In this document: one piece after another, positions 1-9,358 of the stretch
How positions within the stretch are numbered: position 1 is the first letter of the stretch
Layout: every line of letters starts with the position of its first letter
Origin: Dehalococcoidia bacterium
Lineage (GTDB): Bacteria; Chloroflexota; Dehalococcoidia; UBA2979
NCBI GenBank assembly: GCA_050250415.1
Contig: JBFWOO010000003.1
Location: forward strand, 222,691-286,690
DNA length: 64,000 nucleotides
Direction: 5' to 3'
Program-made: the position numbers and the translations under genes
The notes under the pieces: model-generated
The model's database searches: none
What the model was told of the DNA's origin: nothing
Seen by the model: the letters and a program-made list of their open reading frames with translations, nothing else

Positions 1-404
1 ATCAGGGCGGCGGCGACCTGGTCGATCGCGCCCGCGGAGCCGTTGGTGAGCAGGAAGTAGTCCGAGGTCACTGCGAACCCGCGGTCCCGCGTGTACCGCT
101 CGGCGAGGAACGCCCGCAGCGGCTCGAACCCGAACGCGCCGCCGTAGCGGAGGGGGGTGTCGTCCATGACGTCCACCGCGCGCGCCATCGCCTCGGTCAG
201 CGCCTGGCGGGGGAGCGACTGCGGGTCGGGGATGCCGCCGCCGAGGGTGATCGGCGTCACCACGGACTGCACGTCGGACGGCAGGCCCCAGTCCGTCGGC
301 GTCCCGGCGGTCACCAGCTTCACAGCGTCGCTAGCCAGCTCGTCCAGGTCGTACTGCGACCAGAGGTCGGCGAGGTCCTGTGCGAGGGTGCGTTGCGCTG
401 TCAC
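1..404 (-). CDS. PLP-dependent aminotransferase (class I/II fold), N-terminal part; C-terminus lies beyond window start
   Basis: Minus-strand translation from GTG at 404 gives VTAQRTLAQDLADLW...YGGAFGFEPLRAFLAERYTRDRGFAVTSDYFLLTNGSAGAIDQ, paralogous to the N-terminus of the adjacent aminotransferase at 603..1835. GGAG lies 8 nt upstream of the GTG. Confidence 0.6.
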   Translation of the reverse strand, partial: MTAQRTLAQDLADLWSQYDLDELASDAVKLVTAGTPTDWGLPSDVQSVVTPITLGGGIPDPQSLPRQALTEAMARAVDVMDDTPLRYGGAFGFEPLRAFLAERYTRDRGFAVTSDYFLLTNGSAGAIDQVAAAL

Positions 405-602
405 GGGGTTGTCTCCACTTGCTGGGGGTGGTCAGCCACGTCCCGCAACACGCGGGACGTATTCCGGCTGTAATCGCGCACGATATGTCGAGTAGGCGTC
501 GTCTTCAACGGGGAAACCGCTCATCCGCCCACTCGTCCAACCGGCTGCGGGGCGCGCGCCGGGCCAGTTGTGGGTATGTGAACGCGCGAGGACGGCGAAG
601 CG

Positions 603-1835
603 TTACTGCGCCCCGGCCACCACCTCGAGGGCGCGCCCGAAGCGCGCGATCGCCTCGCGCAGCTCTGCGGGCGGAAGCGCCGAGAAGACCAGGCGGATGC
701 GGTCCGCCCCGTTCAGCTCGGCGCTGTCGGGCGTCGCGAAGTAGCCCGTGCCCGGCGTCACCGCGACGCCCTGCTCGGCGGCCGCGGCCTGCACCTTCCG
801 CGCGTCCAGGCCGGGCTGCAGCTTGAGCCAGTGGAAGAAGCCGCCCTGGGGCGTCTTGAACGTGACGTACGGCTCGCAGAACTCCCGCAGCGCGTCCGCG
901 CTCGCGTCCCGCCGCTCGCGGTAGAGCGTCCGTAGCCGCTCGACGTGCGGCTCGTACTCACCGGAGCGGACGTACTCGAACACCATCCGGTGCAGCAGCG
1001 GCGAGGCGCCGTTGTCGAACCGCATGAAGACCAGCTTCTGCACGACCTCGGGCTGCGAGGTGATCCACCCCACGCGGAGCCCGGTGGCGACCGTCTTCGA
1101 GAACGTCCCCACCCGCATCACGCCGCGTCCGCCCGCGATCGCGAACATCGAGGGCGGCGGGGGGCCTTCGAGGTCGATGCCGGTGTAGGCATCGTCCTCC
1201 ACGATCAGCACCCCGTGCTGCCGCGTGAGCGCGACGATCGCCTCGCGGCGCTCGACGGGGAGCGTCGCGCCGCTCGGGTTGTCGTAGTTCGGCTGGACGT
1301 AGAGCAGCTTCGCCTGCCGCCCCGTCATGCGACGCGTATCGAGGACGCGCGCGAGCGCTGAGGGGATGAGGCCGTCGTCGTCCTGTGGAGACTCGATGAT
1401 CGTCGCGCCGCGCGCCCGGAACGTGCGGATCGCGCCGGGGTAGGTCGGCGCGCCGACGACCACGATGTCGCCTTCGCCGACGAACGTCGCCGCGATGTTG
1501 TCGATGCCCTGGGCGCTGCCCGCGGTGAGCGTGACCTGCGCCGAGCTGACCGGGAAGCCGCCCTCGCGCGCCTCGCGATCGGCGATCCAGGCGCGCAGTG
1601 GCTCGTATCCCTGCTGGCCGCCGTAGGTGAGGGCGCCGGCGGCGTCTGCATCCAGCGAGCGCCTCATCGCCTCCAGCAGTCCGGCGGCGGGCAGCGTCGG
1701 GCGGTCGGGGACGCCGGCGTTCAGGTCGTACGGGAGCGGGGAGAGGGACGTGTTCGGCGCGAGGCGGCCGACGGCCGGCGCGAGGAGCGCCTCGATCGTG
1801 GACGCGGGAAAGGCCGACTCGCCGTCGTCGCTCAT
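603..1835 (-). CDS. PLP-dependent aminotransferase, class I/II (2-aminoadipate/aromatic aminotransferase-like)
   Basis: MSDDGESAF... start at 1835. Conserved YGGQQGYEPLR, SAQGID, NPSG, TFSK(T) Lys-PLP-like segment and LRVGW. The 842-aa track ORF is read-through; the real gene is ~410 aa. Confidence 0.85.
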   Translation of the reverse strand: MSDDGESAFPASTIEALLAPAVGRLAPNTSLSPLPYDLNAGVPDRPTLPAAGLLEAMRRSLDADAAGALTYGGQQGYEPLRAWIADREAREGGFPVSSAQVTLTAGSAQGIDNIAATFVGEGDIVVVGAPTYPGAIRTFRARGATIIESPQDDDGLIPSALARVLDTRRMTGRQAKLLYVQPNYDNPSGATLPVERREAIVALTRQHGVLIVEDDAYTGIDLEGPPPPSMFAIAGGRGVMRVGTFSKTVATGLRVGWITSQPEVVQKLVFMRFDNGASPLLHRMVFEYVRSGEYEPHVERLRTLYRERRDASADALREFCEPYVTFKTPQGGFFHWLKLQPGLDARKVQAAAAEQGVAVTPGTGYFATPDSAELNGADRIRLVFSALPPAELREAIARFGRALEVVAGAQ

Positions 1836-1968
1836 GCTGCCCCCGAGCTGCGAGCCGCCAGCGTAGGGTCGGCCCTGTTCGCGGACAACGGGCCTCGCGG
1901 AGCCCCCCCAATCCTCGGCCCGGCAGCGATGAACCGTCGGCCCCTTCGCATACAGGCGGCACGCATGC

Positions 1969-1997
1969 TTGGAAAGCGTGGCTGCCCTCACTACGAT
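1969..1997 (+). promoter_or_regulatory. Candidate sigma70-type promoter (TTGGAA-17-TACGAT) for the CoA-transferase operon, in a divergent intergenic region
   Basis: TTGGAA at 1969-1974, a 17-nt spacer, TACGAT at 1992-1997, then RBS GAGGAGGGG before ATG 2034. Confidence 0.3.
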
Positions 1998-2033
1998 TCG
2001 CGCGCGACTCAGAGTGCCGCGAGGAGGGGAACG

Positions 2034-3305
2034 ATGCCGGGAGTCCTGGAGGGCGTGCGCGTCCTGGAATTCACGCAGATCATCGCCGGTCCGTTCGGCG
2101 CCCAGCACCTCGCCGACATGGGCGCCGAGGTGATCAAGGTCGAGCCGCCCGAGGGCGAGCCGTGGCGCCTGTTCTCGCAGTTCATGCCAGGTGAGTCCAA
2201 GACCTTCCAGTCGCTCAACCGCGGCAAGAAGTCGCTGGTTCTCAAGCTCCAGGAGCCGGAGGCGCAGGAGATCGTCCATCGGCTCATCCCGAGCATGGAC
2301 GTGGTGATCTGCAACTACCGCCCGGATGTCCCCGCGAAGCTCGGCATCGACTACGAGCGGCTCCGGGCGATCAAGCCGAACCTGATCTACGTGGACAACA
2401 CCGCCTGGGGCCGCAAGGGCCCGTGGGCGCACCGCCCGGGCTACGACATCATCGCCCAGGCCGTCTCCGGCCTGATGGGCGCCGAGGGCAAGCTCACCGA
2501 CACCGGCGCCCCCGGCGTGATCACCTCGACGGCGATCGCGGACTACACCACCGGCGTCGCCATCGCCTGGGGCGTCTGCGCCGCGCTCTACCACCGCGAG
2601 CGCACCGGTGAGGGCCAGCTCATCGAGACGAACCTCCTCCAGACGGCGCTCGCCGTGCAGGGCACCGCCGGGATGGACCTCCCGCTCGCCGACGAGCTCA
2701 AGTACCGCAAGATGGAGCAGGTGACGGCCCTCCGCGAGCGGAAGGCGCCGTGGGCGGAGATCCTCGCCGCGTACCAGGCGGCGCAGGTCGCCCGCGTCGG
2801 CAACATCTACTACCGCACATACAGCACCCGTGACGGCGCAATCGCGATCGGCGCGCTCTCGCCCACGCTGTGGGCGAAGGTCCGTGGCGCCATCCCCACG
2901 GACTTCCTCGGCATGGCCGACCCGAACTACAACCCGGCGGACCCGGCCTACCTCGAGTTCTGCCAGAACGCCGTCGCCGGCGTCGAAGCGCAGCTGCGCG
3001 AGAAGAACACGGACGAGTGGCTCGAGATCTTCGAGAAGGCGGGCGTCCCCGTCGGCCCCGTGAAGTTCGTCGAGGAAGCCGTTGAGGATCCGCAGGCGCT
3101 CGAGAACGGCATGATCGTCGAGCTGGAGCACCCGCTCTCCGGCCCGCAGAAGCAGATCGCGCCGATGCTGCGCATGTCCGGGACGCCGCTGGCGATCCAG
3201 GGGCCGTCGCCCATCCTCGGCGCGGACACCGAGGATGTCGTCACGTCGGCCGGCTACAGCGCCGACGAGATCGCGAAGCTGCGCGCGGCGGGGATCATCA
3301 ACTAG
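2034..3305 (+). CDS. CoA-transferase family III (CaiB/BaiF/Frc-like)
   Basis: N-terminal GVRVLEFTQIIAGPFG motif, DVVICNYRPDV, DYTTGVAIAWGV...ERTGEGQ, STRDGAIAIGAL. RBS GAGGAGGGG upstream of ATG 2034, which is internal to the track ORF. Confidence 0.85.
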   Translation: MPGVLEGVRVLEFTQIIAGPFGAQHLADMGAEVIKVEPPEGEPWRLFSQFMPGESKTFQSLNRGKKSLVLKLQEPEAQEIVHRLIPSMDVVICNYRPDVPAKLGIDYERLRAIKPNLIYVDNTAWGRKGPWAHRPGYDIIAQAVSGLMGAEGKLTDTGAPGVITSTAIADYTTGVAIAWGVCAALYHRERTGEGQLIETNLLQTALAVQGTAGMDLPLADELKYRKMEQVTALRERKAPWAEILAAYQAAQVARVGNIYYRTYSTRDGAIAIGALSPTLWAKVRGAIPTDFLGMADPNYNPADPAYLEFCQNAVAGVEAQLREKNTDEWLEIFEKAGVPVGPVKFVEEAVEDPQALENGMIVELEHPLSGPQKQIAPMLRMSGTPLAIQGPSPILGADTEDVVTSAGYSADEIAKLRAAGIIN

Positions 3306-3436
3306 ACCCGATGCTGCGGCGCTCTCTCCGAGATCGGGGAGGGTCTGACGGCTTGCCGAGGGGCTGACTGGGCCCCGGCAGGCCGTTACTATCCCCGCCG
3401 CACCCGACCTGACGCATACGGGAAGGTTCCCCCTGC

Positions 3437-4708
3437 ATGGCCACCGGACCGCTGGACGGCATCAAGCTCCTCGAGTTCACGCAGATCATCGCCGGCCCCA
3501 TGGGCTGCCAGATGCTCTCCGACCTCGGAGCGGACGTGATCAAGGTCGAGCCCATCGAGGGCGAGCCCTGGCGTCTGAACGCCCAGTTCATCCCGAAGGA
3601 GTCCGTGACCTTCCTCGGCCTGAACCGCGGCAAGCGCTCCTTCGCGCTCGACCTCGCCCACCCGAAGTCGCGCGAGGCGATCCACCGGCTCGTGAAGGAC
3701 ATGGACGTGGTGGTCATCAACTACCGCCCGGACGTCTCCGCCCGCCTCGGCATCGACTACGAGACGCTCTCGAAGATCAAGCCTGACCTCGTCTACATGG
3801 ACAGCACGGCGTTCGGGCGCGAGGGCGAGTGGGGCAGCCGCCCCGGCTACGACATCGTGGTGCAGGCCGCCTCGGGCATCACCTCGATGGTCGGCAAGAT
3901 CGACGAGTTCGGCACGCCACTGGTGCCGCCGGCCCACGCCGACACCACGACGGCATACGCGATCTGCGCGGGCGTGCTCGCCGGGCTCTTCTACAAGGAG
4001 CGCACCGGCAAGGGCCAGAAGGTCGAGACCTCGCTCCTCATCAACGCCCTCACGATGGCGATGAGCCAGTTCGACGACATCCCCGCTGGCAACGGTGAGC
4101 AGCGTGCTGTCCTCCTCGCCGCGCTCGAGGAAGCCCGCGCGAAGGGCACCCCGTACGCCGAGTTCCTGAAGGAGCGGGACGCGCTCCTCGGGCGCTCCGC
4201 CGGCGGCAACGTCTACTACCGCTGCTTCCTCACGAAGGACGGCGCCCTCGCCATTGGCGCGCTCTCGGCGAGCCTCCGCGAGAAGGTGCGCAAGACGCTC
4301 GGGTTCGAGCACAACCGCGACGCGCCCGGCTACAACGCGGCCGACCCGGAGCAGATGCGCGTGGACCAGGAGGTCCGCAACAAGGTCGAGGCGCTGTTCC
4401 TCACGAAGACCAACGCCGAGTGGGAGCAGATTCTCACCGCCGGCGGCGTGCCGGTCGCGCCTATCCTGTTCACCCAGGAACTCATCGATCACCCCGTGGT
4501 CCAGGCGAACGGCTACGTCGTGGAGCTGGAGCACGAGCTCGTCGGACCGCTGCGGATGCAGGCGCCGCCGTGGAAGATGAGCCTCACGAACCCCACCCCG
4601 CAGGGCCCGCCGCCGGTGCTTGGCAAGCACAACGAGGACATCCTCACCGGCCTGGGCTACACGGCGGAGCAGATCGCCGAGATGCGCGCCGCCGGCGCCA
4701 TCCTCTAG
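3437..4708 (+). CDS. CoA-transferase family III paralog (tandem copy)
   Basis: GIKLLEFTQIIAGPMG, DVVVINYRPDV, ERTGKGQKVETSLL, TKDGALAIGAL. 423 aa, same length as its upstream paralog. Confidence 0.85.
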   Translation: MATGPLDGIKLLEFTQIIAGPMGCQMLSDLGADVIKVEPIEGEPWRLNAQFIPKESVTFLGLNRGKRSFALDLAHPKSREAIHRLVKDMDVVVINYRPDVSARLGIDYETLSKIKPDLVYMDSTAFGREGEWGSRPGYDIVVQAASGITSMVGKIDEFGTPLVPPAHADTTTAYAICAGVLAGLFYKERTGKGQKVETSLLINALTMAMSQFDDIPAGNGEQRAVLLAALEEARAKGTPYAEFLKERDALLGRSAGGNVYYRCFLTKDGALAIGALSASLREKVRKTLGFEHNRDAPGYNAADPEQMRVDQEVRNKVEALFLTKTNAEWEQILTAGGVPVAPILFTQELIDHPVVQANGYVVELEHELVGPLRMQAPPWKMSLTNPTPQGPPPVLGKHNEDILTGLGYTAEQIAEMRAAGAIL

Positions 4709-4727
4709 GCGCCACGAAGGAATCCTC

Positions 4728-5483
4728 ATGACCCAGTCGGAGCCGCTCGTCATCGTGTCCGTCGCGGACGGCATCGGGCGGCTCCGGCTGAACCGCGCCG
4801 ACAAGCGCAATGCCCTGAACGAGGAGATGTCCAACGCGGTCCTCGCCGCGATGCAGCAGCTCGAGCTGGACGACGACGTCGTCTGCATCGTGATCGAGGG
4901 CACGGACGGCTCGTTCTGCGCCGGCGCCGACATGGCGGAGGCGAACGCGGCCTACGAGGCAGGCGAGCACCGGTTCAACCCGTCCGCCTACGCCGCCGCC
5001 CGCGTCGGTGCGGCGACGAAGCCCGTCATCGCCGCCGTGGACGGCCCCGCCTACGGCGCGGGGGCGCTCCTCGCCTGCTCCTGCGACATTCGCGTCGCCT
5101 CGGACCGCGCCCGGTTTCGCTTCCCGGGCTCGGAGTACGGGCTAGTCGTCGGCGCGCACGCGCTGCCGACGCTCGTGGGCGGCCCGCTGGCGAAGGAGCT
5201 GATCTTCACCGGCCGCGTCGTGGACGCCGAGGAGGCCGTGCGCATCGGCCTCGTGAACCGCACGGTTCCCGCCGACCAATTCCAGGCGACGGTGGACGAG
5301 CTCGCCGGCGCGATCGCGAAGTCCTCGCCGCTCGCGCTGCACTGGTCCAAGCTCACGATCAACACGGCGATCACCGGCGGCAACGCCCTCGCCGTCGAGC
5401 AGCAGGCCGACCTCATCCTCCGCGGCGGCCCGGACCACAAGACCCGCTTCGGCGCCGCGACCCGACGCGTCACCGGGCGTTAG
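4728..5483 (+). CDS. Enoyl-CoA hydratase/isomerase (crotonase superfamily, CaiD-like)
   Basis: MTQSEPLVIVSVADGIGRLRLNRADKRNALN..., FCAGADM, GPAYGAGALLACSCDIRVA. ATG 4728 lies 20 nt after the upstream stop. Confidence 0.85.
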   Translation: MTQSEPLVIVSVADGIGRLRLNRADKRNALNEEMSNAVLAAMQQLELDDDVVCIVIEGTDGSFCAGADMAEANAAYEAGEHRFNPSAYAAARVGAATKPVIAAVDGPAYGAGALLACSCDIRVASDRARFRFPGSEYGLVVGAHALPTLVGGPLAKELIFTGRVVDAEEAVRIGLVNRTVPADQFQATVDELAGAIAKSSPLALHWSKLTINTAITGGNALAVEQQADLILRGGPDHKTRFGAATRRVTGR

Positions 5484-5503
5484 CCCGACCCGAGGAGCCG
5501 CCC

Positions 5504-6058
5504 GTGTCCGACGAGAACCCGACGCCCGAGGAGCTCGAGGAGTGGGCCCGCGTCCGCGGCTACATCCTCGCGCAGGCCGATCGCTACACCCCGTCCCAGT
5601 ACTGGCCCCGCCTGGTCGAGCAGCGCGCGAAGCTACTCCAGCTGTTCCAGGAGGCGACGCCCGCGCAGGCAGCCTGGCGCCCGCCGACCGGTGAGGGCGA
5701 GGAAGCCTGGAGCATCGTCGAGGTCGCTCAGCACGTCCTCCAGTGGACCGAGAACATCATCGAGCTGAACCATGCGTTTCTCGAAGGCCGCGAGGGGCGC
5801 AAGCTCCCGTCCGGCTACCTCGACCCGGACCCCGCCGCGCAGCTCCCGGCCGTGCTGGAGCAGCTCGTCGAGTCGTCGCATGAGCTCGCGGAGACGTTGC
5901 TCTACGTCGCCGGCCGCGCCGACCCCGCCCACACCACCGAGCACCCCCGCTTCGGCGAGCTGAACGCGCGCCAGTGGTTCATCCTCGGACGCGTCCACGA
6001 CATGGACCACATCCGCCAGATCGAAGGCCTCAAGCAGATGGAGGGCTTCCCCGCGTAG
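5504..6058 (+). CDS. DinB_2/DUF664-like metal-dependent four-helix-bundle protein
   Basis: WSIVEVAQHVLQWTENII...HTTEHPRFGELNARQWFILGRVHDMDHIRQIEGL, the H..H..Q signature of the DinB_2 family. Confidence 0.65.
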   Translation: MSDENPTPEELEEWARVRGYILAQADRYTPSQYWPRLVEQRAKLLQLFQEATPAQAAWRPPTGEGEEAWSIVEVAQHVLQWTENIIELNHAFLEGREGRKLPSGYLDPDPAAQLPAVLEQLVESSHELAETLLYVAGRADPAHTTEHPRFGELNARQWFILGRVHDMDHIRQIEGLKQMEGFPA

Positions 6059-6105
6059 CCGGCCAGGGGGCCGGACGCGTCGGACGCCGGGATTCGAGGG
6101 CACCC

Positions 6106-6582
6106 ATGACCGCCGCCGAAGACGTCGTCCGCCGCATGGCCGAGCGAGGGCTGCGCCTCGCCGTCGCGGAGTCCACCACGGGCGGCCTCACCGGCCACCT
6201 CGTCGTCGCCGTCCCCGGCGCCTCGAAGGTGTTCGTGGGAGGGGTCGCCGCCTACGGACGCAAGCCGAAGCTCGACTGGCTCCGCGTCCCGGAGCAGACC
6301 GTCGCCGCGTACGGCTCCGTGCACGAGGAGACCGTGCTCGCCATGGCCCGCGGTGCGCGCGACGCGCTCGAGGTGGACGTCGCGGTCGCCGAGAGCGGCA
6401 TCGCCTCGCCATCGAACAACCCGGACCGGCCGGGCGGCCTCTACTGCCTCGCGATCGTCGGTCCGGCAGGGTTTGAGCGCGCCGAGCGGCAGATCTTCGA
6501 GGGCGACCGTGAGGCGACGATGCGCGCCTGCGCCGACCGCCTCCTCGCCATGATCCTCGAGTATCTCGACGGCACCGCCTGA
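6106..6582 (+). CDS. CinA C-terminal domain protein (PncC-like nicotinamide-nucleotide amidohydrolase)
   Basis: LAVAESTTGGLTGHLVVAVPGASKVFVGGVAAY...ETVLAMARGARDALEVDVAVAESGIASP; ATG at 6106. Confidence 0.75.
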   Translation: MTAAEDVVRRMAERGLRLAVAESTTGGLTGHLVVAVPGASKVFVGGVAAYGRKPKLDWLRVPEQTVAAYGSVHEETVLAMARGARDALEVDVAVAESGIASPSNNPDRPGGLYCLAIVGPAGFERAERQIFEGDREATMRACADRLLAMILEYLDGTA

Positions 6583-6708
6583 CAGTATTCGGACGCCGAT
6601 CGCGACCCTCCCCTGCTAGTCTGACGCCCACGTCGGCGCGAACAGTTGCGCCGTGAACGTTCTGTTCGAGGGCCCAGGCAATTCGGCGACACAGGGGAGT
6701 AGCGCGGT

Positions 6709-9324
6709 ATGAGCGAGTTCGAGCTGACCGGATCCGGTGAGTCCTGCCACGGAGTCGCCTGGAGCGAGGTGAGCGCCGCCGGCGACCGCACCGCCTTCGC
6801 CCTCCCAGGCGACCGCCCGGTCTGGGGGCGCAACCGCCCCCTCAAGATGGAGCACCTGAAGCTCGAGTTCTCGTTCGACCTCAAGAAGCGCCAGGTGAAG
6901 GGGCTCGCTTCCCTCACCTTCTCGCCCCGCGCCACCCCCGTCCGCGAAGCCGTCTTCGACGCGTTCGATCTCGACGTCACCGCCGTGATGGACGAGGCGG
7001 GCAAGCCGCTGAAGTTCACCGCCGGCGACCGCACGCTCCAGGTCGACCTCGGCCGCGCGCGCAAGCCCGGCCAGTCGACGACCGTGACGGTCGCTTACAC
7101 CGCCACCCCGCGCCGCGGCCTCTACTTCAACCTCCCCGACGAGGGCTACCCGGACCGTCCGACGCAGATCTGGACGCAGGGCCAGGCGGAGGACTCCGCC
7201 CACTACTTCCCCTGCTTCGACTTCCCCGGTGAGAAGTGCACCAGCGAGATGCTCGTCACGGTGCCGTCGACGTGGACCGCCGTCTCCAACGGCTATCTCG
7301 ACTCCGTCGCCGAGGACAAGCGGCGCAAGGTGAGGGTCTTCCACTGGAAGCAAGACCTGCCGCACCCTGCCTACCTCGTCACGCTCTGCGCTGGCGAGTT
7401 CGACGAGGTGGCGACGGATGCCTCAGGCGTCCCGGTGCAGTACTACGGCCCGCAGGGGTCGGCGGGCGACCTCGAGCGCGCATTCGGTCGCACCCCGCAG
7501 ATGGTGGACTTCTTCGCTGAGAAGATCGGCGTGCCGTACCCGTGGGCGAAGTACGCCACCGTCGCCATCCACGACTTCATCTTCGGCGGCATGGAGAACA
7601 CCTCCGCCACGACGATGACCGACACCCTGCTCCACGATGAGCGGGCGCACCCCGACTTCGCCGAGCAGGCCGACTCCATCACCGCGCACGAGCTGGCCCA
7701 CCAGTGGTTCGGCGACCTCCTCACCTGCCGCGAGTGGTCGCATGGCTGGCTGAACGAGTCCTTCGCGACGTACTTCGACTGCCTCTTCGTCGAGCATCAC
7801 CGCGGGCACGACGCCTTCCGCTTCGCCGTGACGCAGAACGGCGGCATCTACCTCGAGGAGGACAGCGGCGACTACCGCCGCCCCCTCGTCCAGAACGTCT
7901 ACACCGAGCCGATCGACATCTTCGACCGCCATCTCTACGAGAAGGGCTCGGTCATCCTCGACATGCTCCGTCACCGCCTGGGTGACGAGCTGTGGTGGAA
8001 GGCGATCAACCACTACGTCACCAAGCACCGCGAGTCCGAGGTGCTCACGCCGGATCTGCAGCGCGCGATCGAGGAGGCCACCGGCTACAACCTCGACGGC
8101 TTCTTCGCGCAGTGGGTCTGGAAGGGCGGCCACCCCGAGTTCAAGGCCTCGACGTCATGGGACGCCGAGAAGAAGCAGGCGACCGTCACGCTCGAGCAGA
8201 CCCAGAAGCCCGACGACAACCTCACCTCGATCTACGAGGTGCCGATGGAGATCGGGTTCTGGGTGAACGGCAAGCTGGACCGCCGCACCGTCGAGGTGCG
8301 CGACGGCCATGAGACGTTCGTCTTCACCCTCCCCGCCGAGCCCGAGTTCATCGCGATCGACCCTGCGAACCGCGTGCTCAAGACGCTGGACTACCGGCCC
8401 GGCGAGAAGGCGCTGAAGGCGAACCTCGCGAACAACCCGGAGGCCGTCGGCCGCATCGCCGCGGCGAAGGCGCTCGCGAGGATCGGCTCCCCCGGCGCCG
8501 TCGAAGCGCTCCGCAAGGTGCTCCTCGACGCCCGCGAGGTCGACTTCGTGCGCGCCGAGGTGGCGACCGCGCTCGGCTCGATGAAGTCCGACGCCGCCCG
8601 TGACGCGCTGGTCCAGGGCGTGAAGCAGCGTGAGAGCCGCGTGCGTCGCGCCGCCGCCTCCGCGCTCGGCAACTTCCGCGACCCGGTGGCCGCCCAGGCG
8701 CTCACCGCGCTGCTGAGCGGCGGCAAGGGGGGCGAGGGCGACCCGTCCTACTACGCCCAGGCAGCAGCTGCGTCGGCGCTCGGGAAGACGCTCCAGCCGG
8801 GCGTCGTCGACACGCTTGTCGGCGTCCTCGGGCGTCCCGCCCACAACGACGCCATCACCGCCGGCGCGCTCGCCGGCCTCGGTGCGACGCGCGACGCGGC
8901 CGCGCTCCCGGCGCTGCTCGACCACACCCGCTGGGGCGTCCACCAGAACGCCCGCCGCAACGCCGTCGTCGCGCTCGGCGCGCTCTACCGCTGGCTCGAC
9001 GCGCCAGACCGCACGCGCGTCCGCGAGCGCGTGGAGGAGCTCCTCGACGACCCGTGGCTGCGCGTCCAGCTCTCGGCGGTCGCCGCGCTACAGACGATCG
9101 CGGAGCCGGCCTCGATCGGTGCGCTCAGCGCCGCTTCCGGCCGCGCGCTCGACGGGCGCCTCAAGCGCCTGAGCAAGGTCGCCGTCCGCCGCATCGCCGA
9201 CGCTGCGAAGAAGCCCGAGGAGCTCAACGTCCTCAAGAAGCAGGTCGAGGAGCTTCAGTCCGCCAACCAGAAGCTGGAAGATCGCCTCGTCGCCCTCGAG
9301 GAGGCGGCGAAGCGCCGACGGTAG
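6709..9324 (+). CDS. pepN: Aminopeptidase N (M1 family) with C-terminal HEAT/PBS-lyase-type repeats and a coiled-coil tail
   Basis: GAMEN exopeptidase motif (FIFGGMENTSATT), zinc-binding HELAHQWFGDL...WLNESFATY. C-terminal repeats ...AAKALARIGSPGAVEAL..., ...ATALGSM..., ...AASALGNF...; final ~60 aa is a K/E/L-rich coiled coil. Confidence 0.9.
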   Translation: MSEFELTGSGESCHGVAWSEVSAAGDRTAFALPGDRPVWGRNRPLKMEHLKLEFSFDLKKRQVKGLASLTFSPRATPVREAVFDAFDLDVTAVMDEAGKPLKFTAGDRTLQVDLGRARKPGQSTTVTVAYTATPRRGLYFNLPDEGYPDRPTQIWTQGQAEDSAHYFPCFDFPGEKCTSEMLVTVPSTWTAVSNGYLDSVAEDKRRKVRVFHWKQDLPHPAYLVTLCAGEFDEVATDASGVPVQYYGPQGSAGDLERAFGRTPQMVDFFAEKIGVPYPWAKYATVAIHDFIFGGMENTSATTMTDTLLHDERAHPDFAEQADSITAHELAHQWFGDLLTCREWSHGWLNESFATYFDCLFVEHHRGHDAFRFAVTQNGGIYLEEDSGDYRRPLVQNVYTEPIDIFDRHLYEKGSVILDMLRHRLGDELWWKAINHYVTKHRESEVLTPDLQRAIEEATGYNLDGFFAQWVWKGGHPEFKASTSWDAEKKQATVTLEQTQKPDDNLTSIYEVPMEIGFWVNGKLDRRTVEVRDGHETFVFTLPAEPEFIAIDPANRVLKTLDYRPGEKALKANLANNPEAVGRIAAAKALARIGSPGAVEALRKVLLDAREVDFVRAEVATALGSMKSDAARDALVQGVKQRESRVRRAAASALGNFRDPVAAQALTALLSGGKGGEGDPSYYAQAAAASALGKTLQPGVVDTLVGVLGRPAHNDAITAGALAGLGATRDAAALPALLDHTRWGVHQNARRNAVVALGALYRWLDAPDRTRVRERVEELLDDPWLRVQLSAVAALQTIAEPASIGALSAASGRALDGRLKRLSKVAVRRIADAAKKPEELNVLKKQVEELQSANQKLEDRLVALEEAAKRRR

Positions 9325-9358
9325 TGGACGCGCCGAGGGGCGCAGGAAGGCGACGACC

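Noticed and set aside
603-3131. 842-aa minus-strand ORF
   Set aside because: Only the C-terminal ~410 aa (603..1835) is aminotransferase. The upstream 430 aa are low-complexity read-through antisense to the real plus-strand CoA-transferase gene, an artefact of stop-codon-poor high-GC sequence.
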